From Podarcis gaigeae (taxonomy: Eukaryota), in NCBI GenBank assembly GCA_964106915.2, contig OZ066919.1: a DNA stretch of 64,000 nucleotides; one strand, given 5' to 3'. The notes under the pieces were generated by a model. The model searched no databases, was not told where the DNA came from, and saw only the letters and a program-made list of their open reading frames with translations. The position numbers were made by a program, and so were the translations under genes. Shown piece after piece: positions 1 through 11,202 of the stretch (position 1 is its first letter; the number at the start of each line of letters is the position of its first letter).

Positions 1-599
1 CTAATGGTGCCTATGCAGCAGTAAGTCCTAGGGAATCCAATGGGCCTTGCTCCCCAATTAAGTTGGTTTAGGATTGCAGCCATCCTTGCGTTGAAATCAG
101 GGTCTAGATTTAGCCGCGGCGGCTAACTGAAGCCCCACAGATTTCAGCGAAGGCTGCACTCCTAGGCACCCTTACCTGCTGAGAGCAAATCCTGGGTACG
201 TCCATTGCTGCAGTTAAGTCCCACTGAGTTCATCGAGGCTTTACTTCTAAGTCGTGCATACATAAGAAGATTGCGCTGTTAAGAGGGACTCTCGTCGTCT
301 GAATCCTACCATTATCCCTGTATTGCAACTTGCAGACGTAGGGCTGTGACAGCGGCATATCACACACACACCTCGCAGTCACAAACCTGAACTGACTTGA
401 GTCTGCAGCCAAACCAGCTCAAGTTAAATTCGCCAGCCCTTTCTTAAAGCCTCCCCTCGTGCAGCTTTCGTGCAATAGCACCGAGCTTTTTACCTCTCTA
501 ACTCTGCAATCCTATGCATATGTCTGCTTAGGTGTGAGCCCCCCCCCCCCCCGATCTCAGTGGCCTTGATGCCAGGTAAGGTAGGATTGCAGCCCGACC

Positions 600-1060
600 A
601 TACAAAATAATAGGAGACGAGACCCAAAATCACGCAGCAAATGAGAGGGTGTGACTCTCGTCTTCCTATATTTGTGGTCTTCGGGCGCGTTGCTTCCGAG
701 ACTTTTTCGGGCTCTGCCTGCATTCAAGGGAAGCCGCGCAGGTGTTGCCTCGTCGCCGAAAGCCCTCGAGGCTCCCAAGGTGCAATATTCCTCGCTAGCC
801 TGAAGGACTGAGGCTCCAGTGGCGCAGATTCCCCCCCACACACCTCGGTAGTTTGTCTTTATTATGTCTATGGTCGCGAAACGGTCTGCGCGTTATGCAG
901 CACGAGTTTGCGGAGTGGAGTTGTGGGCATTCTGCATTCAGACGTGCAGGACGAGGCGGGGAAGTCGCGGTGTCACGTATTTGAATGGCCCCCTCCCCCG
1001 CACCCCAAACAAAAACTCGTCGCGTTTAATAGAACTGGGAGAAAGGATTTAGCGCCCTCT
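600..1060. promoter_or_regulatory. CpG-island-like promoter region of LRRC42 (possibly bidirectional)
   Basis: Local CpG enrichment about 700 bp upstream of the first coding-exon acceptor, with TCGCGA (~874) and GTCACGT (~972) motifs. A divergent HSPB11/IFT25 neighbour is inferred only from human synteny and is not seen here. Confidence 0.6.
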
Positions 1061-1752
1061 CCCCAGTTAACTGAAGTGCAGGGAGGTTTTTAACTTGGAA
1101 GAATATATAAAAATATTGCATCACCCTTGCACACACATAGTACCGCGTGTGGGTGGGTGTACTTTTAGTTGTTCTTAGTTTTTAAATGTTTTGATTTTGT
1201 TTTTACATGTGCTGTTTTGTTACTTTGCCGTTTGTGGCCTTGGGCTCCTTTGATGGGGATGGTAGGATAAAAATACATTATCCAGAATGTTTGGAAGGCA
1301 TTCTTAGGGCATAATGTGGGTAGTAGAGATCCTGCTAGTGATTGTGGGTGTGACTCCCTCAAGCTCAAGATTTGTTGGATTGTCAGTCATAGATACAATC
1401 CTGTCCCTATTTTGGAGGATACAACTCAAAATTCTGGGCAACCAAGGAGTGAGGAAAGAATGCCCGGCCACTTTGAAACAACGGCCTTTTCTTCTCTTCC
1501 TGTATATTGTATATTTTTTTTTCAAAGGAAGGGAATTTTGTGTCAAGTACTGTATCCGCTTTGCCTATCTATATCAGCCACTGAGAACGTGTTTTTTGTT
1601 TGCTTGTTTGTTTTGTTTTAAAAAGTGTAAACTCTAGCACACTTGTGGCACTGTAGAAATCACACACATAGACATTTCCCAGATTAAATCCCTTTTTGCT
1701 TTGTTTTATGCTTTACCTTGTTTGTTTCCTCTCTCAGAAACTTTAAAGAGGA

Positions 1753-2216
1753 ATGTCATGCTATCTCTATGCAGAAAATTTTCCAGATAGAGGATCTGTC
1801 TACATTCGGGAAAATGGACAACTATATAAGGCAAATCAAGCATCAGGAGGAGTAAACAACAGTGATCCAAAGCCAAGACCTTCAAGACTCTTTTCCAAAG
1901 GATTTTCTGTTGAGCTCTGTGTGAATAGGGAAAATGACAATGGAAGGACAGATCACTTCATCTTCACTTACACAAAGAAGGGAAATCTTCGCTATTCTGC
2001 CAAATCTCTCTTCAGCCTAGTTCTGAGTTACATTGCTGACAACATTCATCATGTTGATTCACTGGTTGACTTTCCAGAACAGATAGCCGAAAAGCTTTTC
2101 TATGCAGCAGATGCTAGACAGAAATTTACAGAACCAAGAACAGGACTCTGTGCTTTGCAAAAATTTATTGATGCTTATGGAAGTTTAGTGCTTCAGACTC
2201 TATGCTTGAAAAATGG
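1753..2216 (+). CDS. LRRC42: LRRC42 coding exon 1
   Basis: Acceptor ctctcag at 1737, ATG at 1753, donor GG|gtaagc. Confidence 0.95.
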
Positions 2217-5200
2217 GTAAGCATGCATAACTTGTTCATAGTAGCACATCTGCACCCCCATTAAAGGAGTCCTCAATAAAGTAGCAAATCACACTGCCTA
2301 GAGCTAAATTAAAAGGATACAAAGTGAATAAGGTTGTGTGGTCTGTTCTGGCTGTTCCTAGTGCTTCATAGCATTTGAATCCAAATGCATCCAACTAAAA
2401 ACTGAATTTTATCTTTTTTATTGTTTTGGCAGCTTTACTTTTTTCTGTGTGGAGTAATGGAGCAATAACATTGCTTTACACCTTACAAATAAGATTCGGT
2501 ATTGGCCTTTAAATGTAAACCCTTTTATCTTTCCTAAGTGCAATTAGTTGAAAATAAGCTTTCTTGAACATTGCTTCCAAACAACTAAATTTAGGCTCAG
2601 TGTGGTTCTTCACAGCAAATCTGTGATGCAAATTCAGTGTGGTACTCTTCACAGCAAATCTAGGAATGAATACTGGCTTCTTCTTCTTCATCGTCGTATC
2701 TGCACCAAATATATTTTTCCTAGAAGAGATGCTCTTTTACAAGTTTCTGTTATATATATGGCTTACTAGGACTGTTACTGTTTCTCGTATCGGGCTTTCT
2801 CATAGCTGATTATTTAGCTCAGGGGCAGGGAACCTTAGGCTTGGGGGCCAAATGCACTCTTTCTGTCTGGCCTCTCCCCAGATCACCTCCCTCACCAGTT
2901 CTGCTTTGCAGTCCCCTCAGATATTTTTTTGCATGAGTGGAATGTGTCCCTGAATTCTGATGATGTTTCTTGCTTGCTTGGATGGGGGATAGAAAGGGAT
3001 GTGTGAGCATGTGTAGAAACTACCCTACTGGTACAAAGGCAAAATCCATACTGGGGGCTCTGCACAGTTTTCCCTCTGGCCCACCATTCTTAGGAGGCTG
3101 TCCATGAGGAATTGTGTCTGTTGGTGCTGATAAAGGTTCCTCACTCCAGGTTTACTGTAGAATAGAGCATAATCAGAAACAGAATATTGGATCAGGGCAT
3201 TGAGGAAATTCTTGGTTGCTTTGTAAAATACATATATATCTCAACTGGACTAAACTAATCTCATAGGCATTTCCCCCATTGACAGAGTTGGTTGGCGGTG
3301 CTAAATCTATGGGAATGAAAGAAACTGGACAAGGGTGCAGAATCTTACAGTTGTGTTTGCTCTTTTACAGTTACCTAGTTATTTCTGAAAAACTTGAAGA
3401 AATTAAATCTTTCCGGGATCTGACATGTTTGGATTTGTCCTTCTGTAAACTTGGAGATGAGCATGAGCTGCTAGACCATATCACCAACAGGACACTATCT
3501 AGGTACAGTACTGGTTTGCTGCAGAGGAAGTGAACCTTTGGTTTGTTGTTGAAAGAACTGTGGCAATATAAATCAGTCTTAAATGCAGAAAGTCTGAAAC
3601 TCAGCAAATTTTACTCATTGTATATCTCACAGCTGGCTTAGTTTTAGAACTTTCCATTTGGCTTTGGAAAACTCCCGTCTACTTACCAAGAGCTTCTGAG
3701 GGTTTTTGGTTTTTTTAAAGAAAGAAAATAAAACAGTATGTAAATTTTATTAAATAAATAAATAAATGTGTAATTGTAGCTTTTACATTTACCTTAGTTT
3801 AACTCGGCTTTTCCTGAAAGATAACTGCTTGTCAGATGCTGGTCTTCGCAAAATGACAGCGCCTGTCCGAGTGATGAAAAGGGGCCTTGAAAATCTCTCA
3901 GTATTGGATTTGTCTTGTAAGTATAGCTTCAGGTTGGAAACAGGGTATATGCATTGTAATCCAGCATTCATCCTTGCCAATATCAGAAGAATTTAATAAA
4001 TAAAAATTAATCAATATTGAGTACCCATTACAAGAGAGAGATAGAAACTGGAATAGCTGCTGTTCTATATTGTTGATTAAAACCGGCTGCTGTCCAGTTT
4101 ACACAAGAGATGGTCAAAATGTGCTGTGTATTCTGCAACAGAAATAGCCAATTTTCTATTGCACAGTTTAATATGGAAACCATGCATTTTAGTAGCTATT
4201 GTATGGGCTGACCCTGAGGCTGTAATTCTAGATTTACATCATAGCAAATATCTGATATAGTTCCATGTCAGCTACCAGAACCCAGCCCTGGACTGGATAT
4301 AGCTTTGAGCTACTTCTTTGATAAACCAATTGAAACAAAGGTAGTGAGGCTCTGTCAAGTAGAGCTTAGAAAGGCTGAGCTGTATATGGCTGTGGAAGGG
4401 TTAGTTTGTATAGATTGCTTTGCACATCAAAAGGAGGCCTAAAGTAATTTAGAATTACAGAATGCAAAATGCATAAATTCAACAAAACAATACAAAACAT
4501 AAAACATTGAGTGTTCATTCAAAGAAAATGTAATTAAAACCGCACAAAATAACCACTCCCTTCATACAGGATCACCACCAATTGCCACTAAAGGCTTGGG
4601 GGCATAAAACCATTTTCACTTGACACCAGAAAGATGACAGTCGTTTCTGCCAAGTTTCTGCCAAGACTTTAGACACAATGAGTCTGTGGTTTGGGAGAGT
4701 TTCTGGTGCAAGGTTACTATGTACTATTAGAACTTGGTTTTCATCCAAGTGTGCATAACCCTATTACAGGTGGTGACCATTTTAGGCACATCCAATTGAC
4801 GTGTGCCCACCGATGTGTTGGTCCTTATGGACCTGAAAGAAGGCAGAATGGAGGCTGGGTGGAAAGGAGCAAGTTTATATGCGCTCCACCGATGCGCATG
4901 GGGCGCTGGAAAGGAACCCCAGTGCGAAATGGTTGCTGCCTATATTACAAACTAAGGTATTGAATGTCATTAACATTGACTTCCCATATTGACTTAACCA
5001 TTAGTACCTATTTTATATTGTAGGCATTTATGTATTTTTTTATTTTCTTCCAGTCCCTGGGAACTAACAAACCATATCTAGATATTAAGGCAGAACCGTG
5101 TTTACCAGAAAAAAAACAATTACCTTTTTACCACCCATAATCATGTAAAGTATATGCAGATTTATTCTGAATTACTGGGCCGTATCTATACTACAAACAG

Positions 5201-7311
5201 TCCTTTTGCTTAATCCGCTTTATCATTTACGTGCAACTTGAAACTATTTTGTAATTTAGCTTAATTTTAGATTTAATACAATATTCTTGATTTTATATAG
5301 GTAATCCAGGAATCACCCGTTTGGGACTCAGGTATCTGCTTCCTTTCAAAAAGCTGAACTGTTTGGATCTTTCTGGAACTTGCCTCAAGGTGAACATATT
5401 TTTCTGCTCTGCTGAATATCTGGAGCATTTTTATCACAGAAATGAAATGCAACTCATGTTATATTGACTGCAATTTCAAAGAAAAGTCAAAATTTTGTCT
5501 TTCTATAAAGTCAGACTTTGGTTGAAAGTTATTTCTTTAAGGGGATTTGTTTTGGTTTTTCTTTTTACCTAGGACACAAATGCTGTTGTTTGCTGGATCC
5601 AGACACAAATAGGTCTTGTTCATTCAGAGGTGCCCTTGAAAGAATTTGATCACAATAGCTGCAAAACAGAGGGATGGGCAGAGCAGGTATATCTTAATGT
5701 ACCTTCTTGAACTATTTCTTGACTTCATATAGCAAGCATCTTCCTATGTGGGAAAAAATGATATTCCTGTGTGGTAAAAAGGGGGGATTTTCTAAATGAC
5801 TCAGAACCTCTGCCTTCCTCTCATTAATACTCCATTAGTAGATTAAGGCTTGTATACGCTTTTTAACAGAACTTTAGTTTTCCTTTTAAGACTGTGTGAG
5901 TTGTTATGCAAACTCCATATGGCTCAGTCAACTGTATATCACTCAGCACTGGGATGTTGAATCACAGGGGAACTGCCATGCATTAACAAACAACACTTGA
6001 AAAACTGTAAACTCATATTCACACTGAATGTCAAATTATAGTGGTGACCTATTAGCTTTGAATAAGTGTGCTGCCTACTGAAACTTTTTTGCAATTCTAC
6101 TTTTCTCAGACCATCTTGCAATGGGAGCATGCAGTGCAAGAAGCAATTAAACCACAAGAAACCCTGAAATCTCGAACAGCAGCTCAGCTTTTCTGTAAGC
6201 AACTTGCATGAAGATACAAATTTCTAAACTTGGAATTAGAGCTAGAGTGCATTTTTGTAAACTGAGCTAAAGATGATTTAAGCACCACTGGAAAACAGCA
6301 AATGCAAGTGGAGCTTTCCACAGAGTCACCACTCATGGTAGCTCCAAGAACTGAAGAGGCAAGCTAGTTTTGAAACATGAGCAGTGGCTTGTGTCTTTGA
6401 CCGTAGGAGCTTATAGCTGCAGACAAAGAAAGTAGCATTATCGCTACGCTTCTCTGTGGTCAGAGCAAAGCGCTTAGACCTTAGCAATTATTTAGAAATA
6501 GGTTAGGAGAAAATTAAAAAGACAGCTGAAAATATCATTCAATTTGTAACATGTAATACTCGATCATTTAAGTATAAAGGCCTAGATTTTGTCATGCTAG
6601 TAACATGCAACTACATTCAGAATTCCGTGTAACATTGCTTCTGCAAATGTGTTCTTTTGCATAGAAGCTGCAGGTAACCACCACCATCACCACATTTATG
6701 TTCTATTTTAAAATGATAGGAGAGGTCACAATACAATAGCAATTCTTGAGAAGCTTTGAACCCTTAAAATATTTTGACTACAGTCATACCTTGGTTTTCG
6801 AACAGCTTAGTTCTCAAACATTTTGGTTCCTGAAAACCGCAAACCCAGAAGGGACTGTTCCAGTTTACAAACTATTTTTGGAAGCAGTGCTTTGGTTTCT
6901 GAATGTTTTGGAAGTTGAATGGACTTCCAGAACGGATTCCGTTTGACTTCCAAGGTACGATTGTATTTGGAAACTGCCTCTTTAGGTTAACTCTTCTGTT
7001 AGTGCAACTGACCCAAACTGAACAGTGCAAAATTAAGCTATATTCAAAATTATGTGAAGTTACTTCATAAAATTTGTCTTGCAGATGGAAAAAGAGCCAG
7101 GACAGAAGAACCTCTTGAATTAGAGCCTTCTGAGAACCTGCAGTTCTACAGGCCAAGAGCAGAAATGTTAAATTTACCTGTACTAATAGGGAAGAGCGAA
7201 GAATTACAGAAGAAGAAAAAGAGAGCTTCAGCTGAGCACAAAGAACAGTGTTTTAAATCAAAGCAGCTGAGCTTTTCAGTGGCAGACTGGGACTTACTAA
7301 ATTCTTACTGA
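1753..7311 (+). CDS. LRRC42: Leucine-rich repeat-containing protein 42, join(1753..2216,3371..3502,3798..3916,5301..5389,5573..5686,6110..6194,7085..7311), 409 aa
   Basis: All introns are GT-AG and the exons sum to 1230 nt in one open frame. Recognisable peptides: RLFSKGFSVELC, YLVISEKLEEIKSFRDLTCLDLS, KDNCLSDAGLRKMTAPVRVMKRGLENL, VPLKEFDHNSCKTEGWAEQ and C-terminal DWDLLNSY*. Confidence 0.96.
2820..3149. mobile_element. Old hAT-type MITE (intronic)
   Basis: Starts CAGGGGCAGGGAACC and ends AGGTTCCTCACTCCAG (degenerate TIR). Internal sequence resembles 18092-18427. No clear TSD. Confidence 0.5.
3371..3502 (+). CDS. LRRC42: LRRC42 coding exon 2
   Basis: ttttacag|T TAC CTA GTT (YLVISEK...TLS), donor AG|gtacag. 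Confidence 0.95.
3798..3916 (+). CDS. LRRC42: LRRC42 coding exon 3
   Basis: ccttag|T TTA ACT CGG (LTRLFLKDNCL...LDLS), donor T|gtaagt. Confidence 0.95.
5301..5389 (+). CDS. LRRC42: LRRC42 coding exon 4
   Basis: tatatag|GT AAT CCA (CNPGITRLGLRYLLPFKKLNCLDLSGTCLK), donor AAG|gtgaac; absent from the ORF track. Confidence 0.93.
5573..5686 (+). CDS. LRRC42: LRRC42 coding exon 5
   Basis: acctag|GAC ACA (DTNAVVCWIQTQIGLVHSEVPLKEFDHNSCKTEGWAEQ), donor CAG|gtatat. Confidence 0.93.
6110..6194 (+). CDS. LRRC42: LRRC42 coding exon 6
   Basis: ttctcag|ACC ATC TTG CAA TGG (TILQWEHAVQEAIKPQETLKSRTAAQLF), donor T|gtaagc. Confidence 0.92.
7085..7311 (+). CDS. LRRC42: LRRC42 last coding exon
   Basis: ttgcag|AT GGA AAA AGA (YGKRARTEEP...DWDLLNSY*); AATAAA at 7328, 7741 and ~7768. 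Confidence 0.94.
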
Positions 7312-8127
7312 GTATGAGTTGCATGCAAATAAACACTTTTAAAAGAAAAAAAAATGGCACAGCTGAATTTTCTGCTTTCCATCAAAACAGACAGTGGCCT
7401 CAAAAAAAAGCAGTGACTTTTCCGTTTCTGAATCAGAGAAAACAACTGATGACCTTTCAACTAATGCCTAATGTGGGATAGATTAAATTTTGGTGAGCAC
7501 CCTCCAATGTTTCATTTTCAAAGGGCTCATTTACAAAAGGACAACACATGTTTAGCTATAAACCCTACGGTTTGAGAAACTGCTTGAGGTAGTGTTAGAT
7601 ATGAGCCTCTTAGTGGTAACTGATCTTGAGTGACTTTTTCTCTTACAAGCAAGTCATCGCTATGTGTTTGTCCTTGTATTTTGTGTGCCGTAGTCAAAGG
7701 AACAGTGTGAGACTTAACCACAGATAATAGGATTTAACAAAATAAACATAGGAGTCGAGGAATTGAACAATAAAAGCCGGTAGTATAAATACATCTACAA
7801 TATGTTTTAAATATTTTATCCTTTTTGAAGTGGAATATCTGTTTGAACTGATTTTGATTGTTCAGAGCACACCCAAACCACTGTTGACTCTTGTACATTA
7901 TAAACAAACTGGGTATTAGTTGTCATGCTTAAACATGTTTCGGTGGTTTCAACTAGTGAACACCAAAGGTATACAAAACGCTACACATTTTCCGGCATAA
8001 AGTATTTCAAAATAGAGTAATACCATGCGGCTTGACTAATCATAGGTTACATCTGATGTACAAAGTGGGTGCTTTTTTCCTCTCCAAGCTGTAGGCCTCA
8101 GTTGCCATAGCCTATGTTCATCTAGGT

Positions 8128-8629
8128 CAGGGGTCTGCAACCCACGGCTCCGGAGCCGCATGTAGCTCTTTTACACCTTTGCCGCGGCTCCAGGGCGGAT
8201 GCTAGCGAGGGGAGGAGGCGCATTGTGCGCCCTGACACGCCCCACTGTTGCGGGCACTGTACTGGCTGTGACGTCGCATGGGGGCAGTGGGGGCGTTAGT
8301 CACGCACCGTCCCGACGTCACCTTCCCGCTCGCCCACTACATTGTAAGGGGCATGTACGCTGGTCACTGCATTGAAAGGGGGCATGTACGCTGGTCACTG
8401 TTTTGAAAGGGGAGTGAAGAACACACACACACACACACACAAAAAGGTAACTTGTTAATTTAACGTTTATTTCTATGAGGAGGAGTAATTTTGAGGGGTC
8501 AAACAAAGAAATAATAAAAAAGTGACAAAAAAGTTATTTTTATAATGATGAGTTTTGCGGCTCCCTTTTTTTTTTCTTCGGAAACGGGCTCTTTTTGGCT
8601 CTTTTTGTCTTAAAGGTTGCAGACCCCTG
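8128..8629. mobile_element. Young non-autonomous hAT (Charlie-like) MITE, 502 bp
   Basis: Perfect 15-bp TIR CAGGGGTCTGCAACC/GGTTGCAGACCCCTG and perfect 8-bp TSD ATCTAGGT (8120-8127, 8630-8637). Confidence 0.92.
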
Positions 8630-9209
8630 ATCTAGGTGGTCCTTTTGGTTGGACCAGCAGGATCTCTGGATGTCCATTTCATAGGCACACATAGGTATAG
8701 GAGTCAGACAATGAGCCTACAGCATGCTAATTTGGAGTGGATGAAAGGGAAGAAATGAACAGAGTAGTCAGCAGTGTGTGAGGGAAAGTTGAGAAAATAC
8801 AGAAACAAGGCAAAAGGGACTGAACAAGAGAAGCAATTTCTAAGGAAGGGTCAGATTGCCCTACTTGCCAGCTGATTCTGCCAAACTCTGCCATCATTTT
8901 GTGGCTGGCTCTGCCGTTGTATTGTGAGTGGTGGGCCTCATCAATTTTCAGCCCTTAGGTGGGTCCTGCTAAAGAGGAAGTTTGAGAAGCCCTGACTTGG
9001 GGACCTAATCATGTTAAAGAAATTTTCACAGTTATATCCAGACTTTCCCCCTGCAATCCCAGGCTGATATTTTATCAACCCTGTGAAGTAGGTTAACCTG
9101 TAAGTAGTTAGCTCAAGATCAGTCACAGTGGGGATTTGAGCCTGACTTGTTTCTGTTGCCTTGTAGATCTGAAGGAAGTAAATTTGGAATACTGTACTAT
9201 ACTATATAG

Positions 9210-9556
9210 GGACACGGGTGGCGCTGTGGGTTAAACCACAGAGCCTAGGACTTGCCGATCAGAAGGCCGGCGGTTTGAATCCCTGCGATGGGGTGAGCTC
9301 CCGTTGCTCGGTCCCAGCCCCTGCCAACCTAGTAGTTTGAAAGCACGCCAAAGTGCAAGTAGATAAATAGTTACCGCTCCAAAGGGAAGGTAAAGGGTGT
9401 TACTCTGGTTTGCCAGAAGCGACTTAGTCATGCTGGCCACATGACCCGGAAGCTGTACACCGGCTCCCTTGGCCAATAAAGCGAGATGAGCGCTGCAACC
9501 CCCAGAGTTGGTCACGACTGGACCTAATGGTCAGGGGTCCATTTACCTTTACCTTT
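9210..9556 (+). mobile_element. Sauria SINE (POM-like), full length
   Basis: tRNA-like head GGACACGGGTGGCGCTGTGGGTTAAACC, (ACCTTT)n tail, ~15-bp TSD TACTATACTATATAG (9195-9209, 9556-9570). Confidence 0.9.
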
Positions 9557-11053
9557 ACTATACTATATAGATCCCTAGATGAATTAAATGAGAGCTAACA
9601 CGTGGTACTTTTGTATCCTACTGTGTTGTTACATGGTACTGTTCCACTTCATTACTGTGGATTTTTTTGTATGGGTGTGTTGTTTCCTTTCAAGCTGAGA
9701 CTGAATTTTCAAATTTTGCCGAGGAACACATGCTAGCACAGTATAATGAAACATACTAAAATCAAGTTTTATTTACTCAAGCAGTAACGTATTTAATACA
9801 ATATGTAAACTAAAGTGACTGTCAAACGAAAAACAGAATAAGCATGACTCCTAACCCCATTCATCTGCCATTAGTGTTTAAACACTCTTAGCATTTAATG
9901 ATGTGCTGTGAAGTGAATAAGATTTAGTTGGGCAACTAACAACTTGTAAATGTTTGTTTATTGCACCATCTATATTGCATGACTTGTCACAATAGGAAAT
10001 AAGAGTCATTCGTTTTAGTCTGATGGTATATGTTGGTAGAAATCTGATTATCAGATACGAATATTGACTTAAAGGTCTGTTTGTAGTACCCGTTTCATTA
10101 TATAAGACGATGTCTACTTCTACATAAGAGTATGAAAGTCACGCAAGCCTCTTCCAGAAGACTATTCTGAGGCCACTTTATCGTAGTTACAACTGACAGC
10201 TAATGCTCTCACTTTTAAGGGTTCATTCCACTCTAATAGCTGCAGGTCACACCAGGCATGTTAGAGGTATAAAAAGGTGAGGGCTTTGAGATACAATAAT
10301 ATTGTAGACAGAATTGCAATGTATCAAATACAGCAGCATGGTTTGAAATAAGTGATCTTTTACTCATCAAACACCCAAATGCCCATAGCTAAGGGAAAAT
10401 AACAGAGAAACGGAGAGGGGGGAAACAGAGAGTTCACATGGCAGGTAATCACTGCCCTCTTAAATGTCATCTAGGAATAAGATACCAATTAGTTTCCATC
10501 ACTGTAAGTGCTTGTGCAGTAGCTGCCATTGATCAGCAATTGTGAGAAGGATTCCGCCTGAAATGAGTTCTACACACATATCAAAATCATTCTGGAAACC
10601 CTTTTTTTAAAAAAAATAAAATATAAAAAATACATTTAATTTTCCATAAGGCTCACCATTGCCATCTAGTGTCACATTGTATATTTCACTTAAAACACAC
10701 TTAAAACATTTTATTTGTGGCTGTCCCTGGTCCTTTACCCTGTTACAAAGCAAGATTTCGCAGCTTCCAGTACTTGTGGAAGTCTGAGCCAGATTTTTTG
10801 GTAGCAGGCGTTCTTTTCCTCCTTTCGCTTTTTGTAGCAGTGGGTTTTGAGGAAGCCAAGGGTGTTATACACACATGCAGACACACTTTACTGAGCTCAA
10901 AAGGTGAAAGATCACTGGTCTAGGAGCAGCACATGTAACACTACACAATGCATCCATCGCAAGCCCCTCTCATAAATACGTATGGCAATTCCCCAACAGC
11001 CGTATTTGATGGATAGCTCCCATTATTTTCTGAAGGTTACAGTCCTGGAGTGC

Positions 11054-11202
11054 TCATCTTGTGCAGATGTATTCATCAGACCAGTCACTGCAGTGCTGTA
11101 TTCCATCTCGGCAAAGACGTCTGGGAATGCAGCTACAGTACATATGGAAGACAACCATGGTGCATCCCCACCATTGAGGCCCACAAGGAGGACAACTGGC
11201 CC
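11054..11202 (-). CDS. LDLRAD1: LDLRAD1 last coding exon (LDLa module 3)
   Basis: ttccag|GG GCC AGT TGT..AGA TGA; minus-strand AATAAA at ~10710-10715. Confidence 0.93.

Noticed and set aside
1-860. HSPB11/IFT25 coding exon on the minus strand
   Set aside because: No recognisable peptide; only synteny suggests it lies further left
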